A stretch of DNA of 64,000 nucleotides from Bacteroidales bacterium (GCA_016935615.1 JAFGQO010000192.1:27091-91090); one strand, 5' to 3'; counted from the first letter of the stretch, positions 17,108 to 27,739 are shown. Numbers and translations are program-made. Notes: generated from the sequence alone by a model not told the origin.

Positions 17108-19963
17108 TTATAGTTTTTTCCTGACTTCAAATTCCTCAAATGCCTCAAGAATGTCCCCGACTTTAATATCATTGAAGTTTTCAATATTCAATCCGCATTC
17201 TTGTCCGCTTACAACTTCCTTGACATCGTCCTTAAACCGTTTCAAAGATCCCAGGTCGCCGGTATAAATAACAATACCGTCACGTATTACCCTGACTTTT
17301 GCATCGCGGCGTATTTTGCCTTCTTTTACCATACACCCGGCAATTGTACCGACTTTTGTAATTTTAAAAACTTCAAGGATTTCCAACGTAGCTGTTATTT
17401 TTTCTTTAATCTCGGGAGACAACATCCCCTCCATAGCTGACCTTATCTCCTCAATGGCATCGTAAATGATAGAATATAAACGAATATCTATTGCTTCTTT
17501 TTCAGCCAATTTTCTGGCACTCATAGACGGTCGTACCTGAAAACCAACCACTATTGCATTTGAAGCAGCAGCCAAAAGAACATCAGCTTCAGAAATCTGA
17601 CCAACTGCTTTGTGTTTAATGTTCACCTGGATTTCTTCTGTAGAAAGTTTTATCAGCGAATCAGAGAGAGCTTCAACCGAACCATCCACATCTCCTTTCA
17701 CGATAATGTTAAGTTCCTGGAAATTTCCAATGGCAATACGTCGGCCGATTTCATCAAGCGTAATATGTTTTTGGGTTCGCATCCCCTGTTCACGTTGCAG
17801 TTGTTCACGCTTATTGGCTATTTCTTTTGCTTCTTTCTCACTGCTCATGACATTGAACTTATCCCCAGCCTGGGGTGCCCCGTTCATACCAAGTATAAGC
17901 ACAGGCGTAGCCGGACCTACCTCACTTACAGGTTTGCCACGTTCATTATACATGGCTTTCACCTTTCCCATATGTGTTCCTGCCAGCAATATGTCTCCAA
18001 CTCTTAATGTGCCTCCCTGAACAAGCAATGTTGTGGTATAGCCCCTACCCTTATCAAGAGAAGACTCCACAACGGTTCCCAGGGCGGGTTTGTTCGGATT
18101 TGCTTTTAATTCAAGTAATTCTGCTTCCAGCAACACCTTTTCAAGAAGCTCTTCAATATTGACGCCATTTTTAGCCGAAATATCCTGCGACTGGTATTTG
18201 CCACCCCAATCTTCAACGAGAATATTCATATTGGCCAGCTCTTCCTTGATCTTTTCAGGATTTGCATTTGATTTATCAATTTTATTGATAGCAAATACCA
18301 TTGGAACACCTGCTGCCTGAGCATGGTTTATTGCTTCAACAGTCTGAGGCATAATTCCATCATCTGCCGCAACAACAATTATAGCCAGATCTGTAACCTG
18401 TGCTCCTCTTGCACGCATTGCTGTAAATGCTTCATGCCCCGGAGTATCCAAAAACGTAATTCGTTTATTATCCTCCAGTTTGACACTATAAGCACCTATA
18501 TGCTGTGTAATTCCTCCGGCTTCCCCTCCAATTACATTTGAATGCCTTATATAGTCCAGCAATTTGGTCTTTCCATGATCAACGTGTCCCATTACAGTAA
18601 CAATGGGAGGCCGGGGCAACAGATCTTCCTCTTTATCAACCTCTTCATTAATGGCTTCCTGCACTTCCACGCTTATAAATTCTACTTTATACCCAAATTC
18701 TTCAGCAACAAGTGACATGGTTTCAGCATCAAGACGCTGATTTATGGAAACAAACAAACCAAGATTCATGCATGTGGCAATAACTTCATTGGGAGGAACA
18801 TCCATCATTGTTGCCAATTCATTGACAGACACAAATTCCGTAACCTTTAAAATATTTTTGGATTCTTCCTGTTTGAGAGTTTCTTCCTGTAATTTCTGAC
18901 TTACAGCATCACGTTTTTCCCGCCTGTATTTGGCTCCTTTCGATTTGCTTTTTGTCAGACGGGCAAGAGTATCTTTTATTTGTTTCTGTACATCTTCTTC
19001 ACTAACTTCCTGTTTCAGAGATCGTTTCTTGCGCTTCTTCTTTGATTTATCTTTTATGAATTCAATATCAGTGTCTTTGTTTGTTTTATTTTCTTCAAGT
19101 TTGACCCTTTCCTTTTCCTTTCGAATTCTCTTCCTTTTTTTCTTTTTATCATACCCTTTATCACCATTTGTGTCTACCTTTTTAACTCTTTCAGGCAAAT
19201 CAATCTTCCCAATCACAGTTGGCCCCCTGAGTTTTTTAACTGTAGCACGAATAATATCTTCATCTACGCCTTCTTTATGAAGAATTTCTATCTCTTCCTT
19301 AATGATTTCTTCCAATTCTTTCTCTGATTCTGTCGAAGCTTTTTCTTCCGGTTTCACTTTCTCAGTTTCCTTTTCATCCTTTTTCGTCAGAGATTTCTTG
19401 TCTTCTTTGGAATCAAGATCAATTTTGCCAACGACTTTTACTTCAGATTCTTTTTCCTTAGGCTCAGATATACTTTTGTCTTCAATATCAGTTTCTTTTT
19501 TCTCCTTTTCTTTTGCTTTTTCTGCCAACTCATCACTTTTAGCTTTCTCGTCCTTACTTTCAACCTTACTTTTTTCTTTCAAATCAATCTTTCCGATAAC
19601 CTTGAGTTTTACCTTGGAATCTTCTATTTCACTTGAAGGAGCTTTAGCAGCAGTATCTTTTATTATCAGCTCTTCCTGATCTTCAGTCGTTTCTTCAGTT
19701 TCTTCTGATATTTTTTCGTCAATTGAAACAGCTTGATGTTTATCTCCAAAATGTCTGAGATGAAGTTTCTCCGACTCTTTTTTTATGGAAAGATCAGAAC
19801 TGAACTCTTCCAATAACATCTCGTATTGTTCGGGTGTAATTTTCGTATTGGGATTTGAATCAACCTTTTCGCCCTTTTTATGGAGAAAATCAATAATGGT
19901 GGAAATCCCAACATTAAACTCACGTGCAATTTTGCTCAATCTTGTTGCTTTCGTATCTGCCAT
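17108..19963 (-). CDS. infB: translation initiation factor IF-2
   Basis: 951 aa with a K/E-rich N-terminal region carrying three (V/I)GKIDL modules. GTPase motifs are [20 protein letters not shown] and NKIDK. The C-terminal domains are conserved. Confidence 0.98.
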   Translation of the reverse strand: MADTKATRLSKIAREFNVGISTIIDFLHKKGEKVDSNPNTKITPEQYEMLLEEFSSDLSIKKESEKLHLRHFGDKHQAVSIDEKISEETEETTEDQEELIIKDTAAKAPSSEIEDSKVKLKVIGKIDLKEKSKVESKDEKAKSDELAEKAKEKEKKETDIEDKSISEPKEKESEVKVVGKIDLDSKEDKKSLTKKDEKETEKVKPEEKASTESEKELEEIIKEEIEILHKEGVDEDIIRATVKKLRGPTVIGKIDLPERVKKVDTNGDKGYDKKKKRKRIRKEKERVKLEENKTNKDTDIEFIKDKSKKKRKKRSLKQEVSEEDVQKQIKDTLARLTKSKSKGAKYRREKRDAVSQKLQEETLKQEESKNILKVTEFVSVNELATMMDVPPNEVIATCMNLGLFVSINQRLDAETMSLVAEEFGYKVEFISVEVQEAINEEVDKEEDLLPRPPIVTVMGHVDHGKTKLLDYIRHSNVIGGEAGGITQHIGAYSVKLEDNKRITFLDTPGHEAFTAMRARGAQVTDLAIIVVAADDGIMPQTVEAINHAQAAGVPMVFAINKIDKSNANPEKIKEELANMNILVEDWGGKYQSQDISAKNGVNIEELLEKVLLEAELLELKANPNKPALGTVVESSLDKGRGYTTTLLVQGGTLRVGDILLAGTHMGKVKAMYNERGKPVSEVGPATPVLILGMNGAPQAGDKFNVMSSEKEAKEIANKREQLQREQGMRTQKHITLDEIGRRIAIGNFQELNIIVKGDVDGSVEALSDSLIKLSTEEIQVNIKHKAVGQISEADVLLAAASNAIVVGFQVRPSMSARKLAEKEAIDIRLYSIIYDAIEEIRSAMEGMLSPEIKEKITATLEILEVFKITKVGTIAGCMVKEGKIRRDAKVRVIRDGIVIYTGDLGSLKRFKDDVKEVVSGQECGLNIENFNDIKVGDILEAFEEFEVRKKL

Positions 19964-20029
19964 AAAAAAATCTGTTTTCTAATCTATCACTGCTTATTAA
20001 TAAATGATACTTCGCTAATATACTGCTTA

Positions 20030-21265
20030 TTATTCAAACTCGGCTTTTAATATTTTAATCACTTCCTTAATCGTTTCCTCTTCCAGATCAGTTCGTTTTA
20101 CTAAATCTTCAACTGTAAGTTCCAAAACACTTTTTGCAGTATCACAACCAACAGCTTTAAGTTCATCGAGTATCCATCCATCAATTTCATCAGCAAATTC
20201 TTCCAGGTTTACATCTTCATCATCTTCATCCGCTTCACGATAAACATCGATTTCATAATCTGTAAGTTGACTGGCCAGTTTAATATTCAACCCTCCTTTC
20301 CCAATTGCAAGGGAAACTTCATTTGGTTTCAGGTATACTTCAGCTTTTTTATTTTCCTGATCTATTTTTATGCTTGAGATCTTTGCAGGACTTAATGCCC
20401 TGGTAATATAAAGTTGGATATTGTTGGTAAAATTAATTACATCAATATTTTCATTTTTCAATTCTCTGACAATGCCGTGAATTCTTGATCCTTTCATTCC
20501 AACACAGGCTCCGACCGGATCAATACGCTCATCATAGGATTCAACTGCAACTTTTGCCCTTTCGCCAGGTACACGAACTATCTTTTTAATTGTAATCAGA
20601 CCGTCAAATATTTCCGGTACTTCAAGTTCGAAAAGCCTTTCAAGGAAAACAGGTGAAGTACGTGATAAAACAATTAGAGGCGTATTGTTACGCATTTCCA
20701 CATTAATTACCACTGCACGAATTGTATCTCCTTTTCTAAAGTAGTCTGAAGGTATCTGTTCTGATTTTGGAAGGATCAATTCATTGGCTTCTTCATCAAG
20801 CACAAGAATCTCTCTTTTCCAAACCTGGTATACTTCGCCTGTAATGATATCACCGACCCTGTCACTATATTTAAGGTATACATTGTTTTTCTCCAGATCA
20901 AGAATCCGGGCCGTAAGATTTTGTCGCAGTGCCAATATCGCCCTTCGGCCAAAATCTGCAAATTTCACCTCATCAGTAACATCTTCCCCAACTTCATAAT
21001 CGCCATCAATTTTCTTTGCCTCAGATAATGATATCTGACGGTTCGGATCTTCAACCTTACCATCTTCCACAACCTCGCGGTTCCTCCAGATTTCGAAATC
21101 CCCTTTATCAATGTTGATGATAACATCAAAATTTTCGTCGGTAGTAAACATTTTTTGAAGCATACTGCGAAAGACATCTTCAAGAACCGATATCATGGTT
21201 GCCCTGTCTATATTCTTCAACTCCTTGAATTCCGAAAAAGTATCAATCAGATTTATATTTTCCAT
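20030..21265 (-). CDS. nusA: transcription termination/antitermination factor NusA
   Basis: 411 aa with S1 and KH regions (GDIITGEVYQV, DPVGACVGMKGSRI). Canonical position between rimP and infB. Confidence 0.95.
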   Translation of the reverse strand: MENINLIDTFSEFKELKNIDRATMISVLEDVFRSMLQKMFTTDENFDVIINIDKGDFEIWRNREVVEDGKVEDPNRQISLSEAKKIDGDYEVGEDVTDEVKFADFGRRAILALRQNLTARILDLEKNNVYLKYSDRVGDIITGEVYQVWKREILVLDEEANELILPKSEQIPSDYFRKGDTIRAVVINVEMRNNTPLIVLSRTSPVFLERLFELEVPEIFDGLITIKKIVRVPGERAKVAVESYDERIDPVGACVGMKGSRIHGIVRELKNENIDVINFTNNIQLYITRALSPAKISSIKIDQENKKAEVYLKPNEVSLAIGKGGLNIKLASQLTDYEIDVYREADEDDEDVNLEEFADEIDGWILDELKAVGCDTAKSVLELTVEDLVKRTDLEEETIKEVIKILKAEFE

Positions 21266-21288
21266 ATTCTGTTTTTTTATTTCCTGCT

Positions 21289-21753
21289 TTAAAATTTAAC
21301 GACAATTCTTACTTCATTTACATCATTATATAAAAATTCACGCTTTTCAATTCTTGTTTGTTTTTTCCCCCTGCCATCCATCTTTATCTTTTTTTTCTCT
21401 TCAATACAAAACGCATTATGATCTGCCTCAATTAATTTGCCCTTAAATTTGCGCCCGTCATTAAGAGAAACATCCACTTCCCTTCCAACATTTTTAAAAT
21501 ACTGTTGCACTACTTTAAACGGACTATCCAGTCCCGGCGAAGATACAACAAGTTCAAAATCATCCTTTTCCCTGTTCAATCCCTTTTCAATCGTACGACT
21601 TAACTCAACACACTCATGAATTTGTATTCCCTTCATGTTATCCACAAGCAAATGAATAGAGTTGGTTTTTGTGATAACAAGTTGCACAATAAAATACCCT
21701 TTCTCCTCTATCAGATCATGAATTAGTTCTAATATGACTTCCTTTTCAATCAT
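21289..21753 (-). CDS. rimP: ribosome maturation factor RimP
   Basis: 154 aa with a RimP-like pattern (L.VSSPGLD.P.K...Q...N.GREV). Sits directly upstream of nusA. Confidence 0.9.
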   Translation of the reverse strand: MIEKEVILELIHDLIEEKGYFIVQLVITKTNSIHLLVDNMKGIQIHECVELSRTIEKGLNREKDDFELVVSSPGLDSPFKVVQQYFKNVGREVDVSLNDGRKFKGKLIEADHNAFCIEEKKKIKMDGRGKKQTRIEKREFLYNDVNEVRIVVKF

Positions 21754-21759
21754 TTATCC

Positions 21760-21789
21760 GCAACAAAATAGGGGACCTCTGTCCCCTAT
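21760..21789 (-). promoter_or_regulatory. terminator-like leader hairpin (candidate attenuator) 14 nt upstream of the rimP ATG
   Basis: The minus strand reads AUAGGGGAC-AGAG-GUCCCCUAU followed by UUUGUUG. The stem is a perfect 9 bp. It lies inside a divergent promoter region where no gene ends. Confidence 0.5.
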
Positions 21790-21821
21790 CCTAGCAATCA
21801 TTATTAATTCTCCTGGCGATG

Positions 21822-21829
21822 CAAAATTA
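21822..21829 (-). promoter_or_regulatory. candidate Bacteroidota -7 box (TAATTTTG) for rimP-nusA-infB
   Basis: The minus strand matches TAnnTTTG about 70 nt upstream of the rimP ATG, upstream of the leader hairpin. Confidence 0.35.
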
Positions 21830-21939
21830 TAAAATATCACAATAACAACAAAATATTCTTACAGAATCAGAAAATAAATTAATTCATTTTCATTGAGTTT
21901 ATATTTTTTTAAAAATTTACCTGCGAAACTCATAGTTTT

Positions 21940-23211
21940 GTGATCAGAAAAACAGAATTAAAATTGGCTGCAAAAATCCCCAATAAAAAAAAGATAATAA
22001 ATGATCCGGTTCATGGATTTGTTACTATCCCCTCTGAATTTATTTTTGATATTATTGAACATCCCTATTTACAAAGACTAAGAAGAATTAAACAGTTAGG
22101 ATTAACTCATTATGTCTTCCCCGGAGCAACACATTCAAGGTTTCAGCATACTATAGGAGCCATGCATCTCATGACCCTTGCCCTGGAAAGCTTAAAAAAC
22201 AAAGACATTGATATTGACCCTGAAGAAGAAGAAGCAGTATTGTCAGCAATTCTTTTGCATGATATAGGGCATGGCCCCTTTTCTCATGCACTGGAAGAAA
22301 GTCTGATTTCAGGAATAAACCATGAAATGCTTTCTCATGTACTGATGAATGAGCTTAACAAGCAATTCAAAAACAAACTGGATCTGGCAATACAGATTTT
22401 CAATAACAAGTACTCTAAAAAGTTTCTTCATCAGCTGGTATCCAGCCAGCTCGATATGGACCGTCTGGATTATATCAAACGCGACAGTTTCTTTACAGGT
22501 GTAACGGAGGGAACTATCGGAACTGACCGTATTATAAAAATGCTTAATGTTTTGAATGATACTCTGGTAATTGAAAAAAAAGGTATTTATTCGGTTGAAA
22601 AATTTCTTATTGCACGCAGGTTAATGTATTGGCAGGTATACCTGCATAAAACCGTTATGGCATCTGAACATTTGCTGGTAAAAATGTTACAACGTGCCAA
22701 AAGCCTTGCAAATATGGGTACAGTAGTATTTGCCACTCCGTCGCTTTCTTTTTTTCTTGACCAGCAGGTCAGTGCCGGTAACTTTAAAGAACAACAACAG
22801 GAAATACTTAAGAATTTTGTTAACCTGGATGATTCCGATATCCTTTCATCTGCAAAAGTATGGACAACACATAATGACAAAGTGTTGTCTTTTCTTGCAC
22901 AAAACCTGTTGGACAGAAGATTGCCGACAGTAATACTGACTGAAAACAGGCCTGAGAAAGAAATGGCATCCCGCATGAAAAATAACATTATGAATTCGTT
23001 GGGCTTTTCAGAAGAAGAAACAGCATACTTATTGATCTCCGGTGAAATTTCAAATTCAGCTTTCAGTAGCATTGATGATATGATCCAGATTTCAATGGGC
23101 AATAATGAAACCAAAGATCTTTCTGAAGTTTCTGACATTCTGAGTGTTCCTTATCTTCAGAAGTCAGAAAAAAAATATTTTATATGTTTTCCCAAGAATT
23201 GTGGAGTATAA
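21940..23211 (+). CDS. HD-domain phosphohydrolase (dGTPase-like)
   Basis: INDPVHGFV, RLRRIKQLG, FSRFQHTIG and LLHDIGHGPFSH are HD superfamily motifs. There is no in-frame ATG before the conserved N-terminus. The candidate starts are GTG 21940 and TTG 21964. Confidence 0.85.
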   Translation: MIRKTELKLAAKIPNKKKIINDPVHGFVTIPSEFIFDIIEHPYLQRLRRIKQLGLTHYVFPGATHSRFQHTIGAMHLMTLALESLKNKDIDIDPEEEEAVLSAILLHDIGHGPFSHALEESLISGINHEMLSHVLMNELNKQFKNKLDLAIQIFNNKYSKKFLHQLVSSQLDMDRLDYIKRDSFFTGVTEGTIGTDRIIKMLNVLNDTLVIEKKGIYSVEKFLIARRLMYWQVYLHKTVMASEHLLVKMLQRAKSLANMGTVVFATPSLSFFLDQQVSAGNFKEQQQEILKNFVNLDDSDILSSAKVWTTHNDKVLSFLAQNLLDRRLPTVILTENRPEKEMASRMKNNIMNSLGFSEEETAYLLISGEISNSAFSSIDDMIQISMGNNETKDLSEVSDILSVPYLQKSEKKYFICFPKNCGV

Positions 23212-23247
23212 ATTATATTCTCTACTTTTGCATCCAAATTTTATACT

Positions 23248-24288
23248 ATGGAATTTACCGCACAAACGATAGCTGATTTCCTTAAAGGCAGTATTGAAGG
23301 GAATCCGCTGGAAAAAGTTAACAATATTTCAAGAATTGAAGAAGGGACAAAAGGAACACTGGCGTTTATAGCAAATCCAAAATATGAAAAATATATTTAT
23401 ACTACCGGAGCATCAATTGTATTGGTTAATAAAGATCTGAAACTAGATAAAAAAATATCTCCAACCCTAATCAGAGTCGAAGATGCATATCAGGCATTTG
23501 CTTCACTTCTGAATCTTTACACGAGCCAGTTGCCTCAGAAAAAAGGAATTGATCCTAACAGTTACATTAGCGATACAGCATCGTATGGAAAGGATTGTTA
23601 CATCGGAGCATTTACCTTCCTGGGAGACCATGCAACAGTGGGAAACAATGTTAAAATATATCCCCAGGTTTATGTGGGAGATAATGTTGCTGTTGGAGAC
23701 AATACAATTTTGTACCCCGGAGTTAAGATCTATAAAGATTGTGTTGTCGGGAAAAACTGCATTTTGCATGCCAGTACTGTTGTTGGATCTGATGGTTTCG
23801 GCTTTGCTCCCGGTGAGGGAACCTATCAGAAAATCCCTCAAATCGGGAATGTGATCATTGAAGATGATGTGGAAACAGGATCAAATGTATCCATTGACCG
23901 TGCAACCATTGGATCGACAATTCTCAGAAAAGGTACTAAACTTGATAATCTGATTCAAATTGCCCATAATGTTGAAATTGGAGAGAACACTGTTGTTGTT
24001 GCCCAGGCAGGCATAGCCGGATCAACAAAAATTGGAAAGAATTGTATGATCGCAGCACAGGCAGGTATCGTTGGCCATCTTACCATTGCAGATGATGTAA
24101 AAATCGGAGCCCAGTCCGGTGTTGCCAATTCTTTAAAGAATAAAGGAGAAATTGTACTTGGTTCGCCTGCACATAATTTTTCAGAAACCAAAAGATCAAT
24201 GATTATTTATAAAAAATTGCCTGAGATGTATTCCAGATTAAATGAGCTGGAAAAAAAGTTAAATGAACTCCGTGAAAACAACACATAG
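23248..24288 (+). CDS. lpxD: UDP-3-O-(3-hydroxyacyl)glucosamine N-acyltransferase LpxD
   Basis: 346 aa with a left-handed beta-helix hexapeptide repeat region and an LpxD-type N-terminus (IADFLKG.IEGN). Synteny with lpxC/fabZ-lpxA. Confidence 0.93.
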   Translation: MEFTAQTIADFLKGSIEGNPLEKVNNISRIEEGTKGTLAFIANPKYEKYIYTTGASIVLVNKDLKLDKKISPTLIRVEDAYQAFASLLNLYTSQLPQKKGIDPNSYISDTASYGKDCYIGAFTFLGDHATVGNNVKIYPQVYVGDNVAVGDNTILYPGVKIYKDCVVGKNCILHASTVVGSDGFGFAPGEGTYQKIPQIGNVIIEDDVETGSNVSIDRATIGSTILRKGTKLDNLIQIAHNVEIGENTVVVAQAGIAGSTKIGKNCMIAAQAGIVGHLTIADDVKIGAQSGVANSLKNKGEIVLGSPAHNFSETKRSMIIYKKLPEMYSRLNELEKKLNELRENNT

Positions 24289-24359
24289 TATTATCGTAGC
24301 CCATTTGATAAGATTTTTATATCTTTCGTTTTCAATAAATAAAACGTTCAGTTTTTGAT

Positions 24360-25769
24360 ATGATGGAAAAGCAGAAAACCATTGCAAAACCGGTTACACT
24401 TAAGGGAAAAGGATTGCATAGCGGACGGGAAGTTGAACTTACTTTAAAACCTGCTGATCCAAATTCTGGTTATATTTTTAAGCGTATCGATCTCGCCAAT
24501 ACTCCCCTCGTGCATGCTGTAGCTGAGAATGTGGTAAATACTGCCAGAGGAACAACTATTGAAGAAAATGGCGTACAGGTTATGACTATTGAACATATTT
24601 GTGCTGCTTTATCCGGTAGTGAAATAGACAATGCAATTGTTGAAGTGAACAGTCCGGAGGTTCCCATACTTGATGGCAGCTCCAAGCATTTTACACATGC
24701 TATTAAAGATGCAGGGCTTGCAGAACAGGATGAAGAAAAAGAATATTATTCAATCAAAGAAAAGATTGAGTATAAAAATGAGGAGAATGGTGCAAAAATA
24801 GTAGCTTACCCTGATGATGGTTTTGGAATCGACGTTCACATTGATTTTAATTCAAAAACATTGGGTTGCCAATATGCCACCATGAACAATTTAAAAGAAT
24901 TTGAAAAAGAGATCTCGGGTAGTAAGACTTTTGTTTTTGTTCACGAACTGGAAGCTCTTGCAGCAAATAATCTTATCAAGGGGGGAGATCTGGACAATGC
25001 TCTTGTTATTGCTGATAAACAGATATCGAAAGAGCAATTAGACAGACTTTCCAGATTATTTCATAAACCCAAGGTTGAGGTTCTTCCTGAAGGATATCTG
25101 AACAATACCGAATTAAGTTTTCAAAATGAGCCTGCACGTCATAAGTTGCTGGATATAATCGGAGATCTTTCACTTGTAGGTATGCCACTTAAAGCCAAAA
25201 TTGTAGCTTTCAAACCAGGGCATCATGCAAACACTGAATTGGCCAAAATTATCAGAAAAAACATCAAAAAGGAAAAATCAAAACCACTGCCTCCCCCTTA
25301 TGATCCGACCGCTGCTGCTCTTTTTGATATTAATGAAATTAAAAAAAGACTGCCTCACAGACCACCATTTTTATTGGTTGACAAGATTACTTATATGAAT
25401 GAATGGGAAATTACCGGCATTAAAAATGTCACAATGAATGAGGCATTTTTCGTAGGTCACTACCCTGAAGAGCCGATTATGCCGGGAGTTCTGCAAATCG
25501 AAGCTATGGCACAAGTTGGAGGAATCTTGTTATTGAGCAAAGTGCCCGATCCTGAAAATCATGTATTGTATTTTCTTAAAATTGAAAACATTAAATTTAA
25601 ACACAAAGTGATTCCCGGTGATACACTGAATATTCATATGCGACTCCTTGAACCGGTTAAACGAGGTATTGCTCTGACCTATGGCCGGGTTTTTGTCAGC
25701 AATACACTCGTCATGGAGGGTCAATTCATGGCCCAGCTGGCAAAGAAACAAGATATCGATAACGCATAG
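24360..25769 (+). CDS. lpxC/fabZ: bifunctional UDP-3-O-acyl-GlcNAc deacetylase / 3-hydroxyacyl-ACP dehydratase (LpxC-FabZ fusion)
   Basis: The N-terminal LpxC part shows QKTI...GKGLHSG, EH..AAL.G..IDN and HHA. The C-terminal FabZ hotdog part shows LPHR.PFLLVDKI and FF.GHYPEEPIMPGVLQIEAMAQ. This fusion is typical of Bacteroidota. Confidence 0.95.
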   Translation: MMEKQKTIAKPVTLKGKGLHSGREVELTLKPADPNSGYIFKRIDLANTPLVHAVAENVVNTARGTTIEENGVQVMTIEHICAALSGSEIDNAIVEVNSPEVPILDGSSKHFTHAIKDAGLAEQDEEKEYYSIKEKIEYKNEENGAKIVAYPDDGFGIDVHIDFNSKTLGCQYATMNNLKEFEKEISGSKTFVFVHELEALAANNLIKGGDLDNALVIADKQISKEQLDRLSRLFHKPKVEVLPEGYLNNTELSFQNEPARHKLLDIIGDLSLVGMPLKAKIVAFKPGHHANTELAKIIRKNIKKEKSKPLPPPYDPTAAALFDINEIKKRLPHRPPFLLVDKITYMNEWEITGIKNVTMNEAFFVGHYPEEPIMPGVLQIEAMAQVGGILLLSKVPDPENHVLYFLKIENIKFKHKVIPGDTLNIHMRLLEPVKRGIALTYGRVFVSNTLVMEGQFMAQLAKKQDIDNA

Positions 25770-25806
25770 AATCTATTAATTATCTGATCCGTATAAAGTT
25801 TTTCAT

Positions 25807-26595
25807 ATGATACACAAACTCGCTTATGTAGATCCTAAAGCTAAAATTGCAAAAAACGTAATTGTTGATCCATTCGCAAGTATTTCTAAAGATGTTGAGA
25901 TTGGAGAAGGAACATGGATAGGATCCGGTGCTGTCTTAATGGATGGTGCCCGAATTGGTAAAAACTGTAAAATTTTTCCCGGAGCTGTTATTGCAGGTAT
26001 TCCACAGGATTTAAAATTTGCCGGTGAAAAAACAACTGCTGAAGTTGGCAACAATACAACCATTCGTGAATTTGTGACTTTGAATCGCGGAACCAAGGCA
26101 AAGGGACTTACGAAAGTCGGCAACAATTGCCTTATTCAATCATATGCCCATATTGCGCATGATTGTGCTCTGGGTAACAATTGTATACTTGGTAGCCATG
26201 CCGGAATGGCCGGTGAAGTTGAGGTCGATGATTTTGCGATCGTAAGTCCATATTCAATAGTACACCAGTTTGTAAGAATTGGAAAGTATTGTTTTGTTCA
26301 GGCCGCGGGCAAAGTAGGTAAGGATGTTCCTCCATACATTCTGGCCGGAAGAGAACCCCTTTCGTATACAGGTATTAATTCGATTGGTTTACGAAGAAAA
26401 AACTTTAAAAAAGAAACAATATACGAAATCCAGGAAATTTACAGGATAATTTATCAAAGAGGAATGAATATATCGGATGCTATCAGATATATCGAAACCA
26501 ATTCTCCGGCTACCGATGAACGCGACGAAATTATTCTTTTTATAAACAACTCTAAAAGAGGTATTATTCGCGGTTATTTTGATAATGATGAATAA
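25807..26595 (+). CDS. lpxA: acyl-ACP--UDP-GlcNAc O-acyltransferase LpxA
   Basis: 262 aa with hexapeptide repeats and an LpxA C-terminal helical domain (GLRRKNF....I.EI...YR.IY). Confidence 0.93.
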   Translation: MIHKLAYVDPKAKIAKNVIVDPFASISKDVEIGEGTWIGSGAVLMDGARIGKNCKIFPGAVIAGIPQDLKFAGEKTTAEVGNNTTIREFVTLNRGTKAKGLTKVGNNCLIQSYAHIAHDCALGNNCILGSHAGMAGEVEVDDFAIVSPYSIVHQFVRIGKYCFVQAAGKVGKDVPPYILAGREPLSYTGINSIGLRRKNFKKETIYEIQEIYRIIYQRGMNISDAIRYIETNSPATDERDEIILFINNSKRGIIRGYFDNDE

Positions 26596-26599
26596 ATCC

Positions 26600-27646
26600 T
26601 TATCGCTTCCCTCTCAAACTGTTCCATCCCATCGACTGAATTTCCAAATAATTGCCATCAGGCATAACCAAATGTTTTCCTTCTTCCTTATTGGTCATAT
26701 GCCCTATAATTGATATGCCGGGAATAGATGTCAGTTTATCAAAATTATTAACCGTCGATGTGAAAAGCAATTCGTAATCTTCACCTCCGTTTATGGAAAT
26801 GGTTACAGGTTCAAGATTCATTTCTTCAGCAGCTTTTCTTGTTTCTGCAGCAATAGGAATTTTATCTGCGAATATTTTGCATCCTGTTTCCGAAGCATCA
26901 CAAAGATGCAACAGGTCAGATGTTAAACCATCTGAAATATCGATCATCGATGTGGGTTTGATATCATTTTTATCCAAAGCAGTAATGATGCTAGCCCGTA
27001 CTTCAGGTTTTAATTGTCTTTCCAAAACATATTCGTACCCGGATAAATCGGGCTGCGATGTGGAATTCTTATCATATATGTGCTTTTCCCGTTCCAGTAT
27101 TTGAAGTCCCATATAGGCTGCTCCCAGATCACCGGTAACACAAATAAACTCATTCGATCCGGCACCTGAACGGTAAACAAGTTTATCATCTGAAGCTGCA
27201 CCAATGGCTGTAATGCTAATGTTTAATCCTGTCATTGAACTACTGGTATCTCCGCCTACCAGATCCACGTGATACATAGAACATGCCAGCTGAATTCCTT
27301 CGTAGAGTTCCTGTACCATCTCAGTTGAAAATTTGGAAGAAAGAGCTAAAGAAATCAGTATCTGTGTTGGGACTGCATTCATTGCATAGATATCAGAGAG
27401 ATTAACAATAACGGCTTTATAACCAAGATGCCTTAACGGAGTATATACCAGGTTAAAATGAATCCCTTCAGTAAGTAAATCGGTTGTCACCACTGTTTTT
27501 TTGCCTTTCATATCCAGTATAGCAGCATCATCTCCAACACCCAGCAGGGAGGATTTGTTTTTAAGCTTGATGTTTTCTGTAAGCAGCCGGATCAAACCAA
27601 ATTCACCTATTTGATCCAAATCGATGTTTTCTTTTATTTTCCCCAT
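26600..27646 (-). CDS. thiL: thiamine-monophosphate kinase ThiL
   Basis: 348 aa of AIR-synthase-like fold with motifs GEFGLIRLL, GVGDDAAILD, TTDLLTEGIHF and GYKAVIVNLSDIYAMNA. Confidence 0.88.
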   Translation of the reverse strand: MGKIKENIDLDQIGEFGLIRLLTENIKLKNKSSLLGVGDDAAILDMKGKKTVVTTDLLTEGIHFNLVYTPLRHLGYKAVIVNLSDIYAMNAVPTQILISLALSSKFSTEMVQELYEGIQLACSMYHVDLVGGDTSSSMTGLNISITAIGAASDDKLVYRSGAGSNEFICVTGDLGAAYMGLQILEREKHIYDKNSTSQPDLSGYEYVLERQLKPEVRASIITALDKNDIKPTSMIDISDGLTSDLLHLCDASETGCKIFADKIPIAAETRKAAEEMNLEPVTISINGGEDYELLFTSTVNNFDKLTSIPGISIIGHMTNKEEGKHLVMPDGNYLEIQSMGWNSLRGKR

Positions 27647-27706
27647 TTTCTGGTAAGATTTAGTAATTCAAAAGCCTCACAAATATATTAATTCGTTTAG
27701 TTTTTG

Positions 27707-27714
27707 TATCTTTG
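27707..27714 (+). promoter_or_regulatory. candidate -7 box (TATCTTTG) of the suf operon
   Basis: Perfect TAnnTTTG match 58 nt upstream of the sufB ATG. Confidence 0.35.
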
Positions 27715-27718
27715 TTCT

Positions 27719-27739
27719 TATTTAGACTATTTCTAAATA
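27719..27739. promoter_or_regulatory. inverted repeat TATTTAGA-N5-TCTAAATA (candidate operator) at the predicted suf transcription start
   Basis: Perfect 8-bp arms separated by 5 nt, immediately downstream of the candidate -7 box. Confidence 0.3.

Noticed and set aside
17201-19982. Series of plus-strand ORFs (60-136 aa) antisense to infB
   Set aside because: They lie entirely inside the well-supported IF-2 gene and translate to low-complexity S/F/L-rich strings. These are typical shadow ORFs opposite a K/E-rich coding region.
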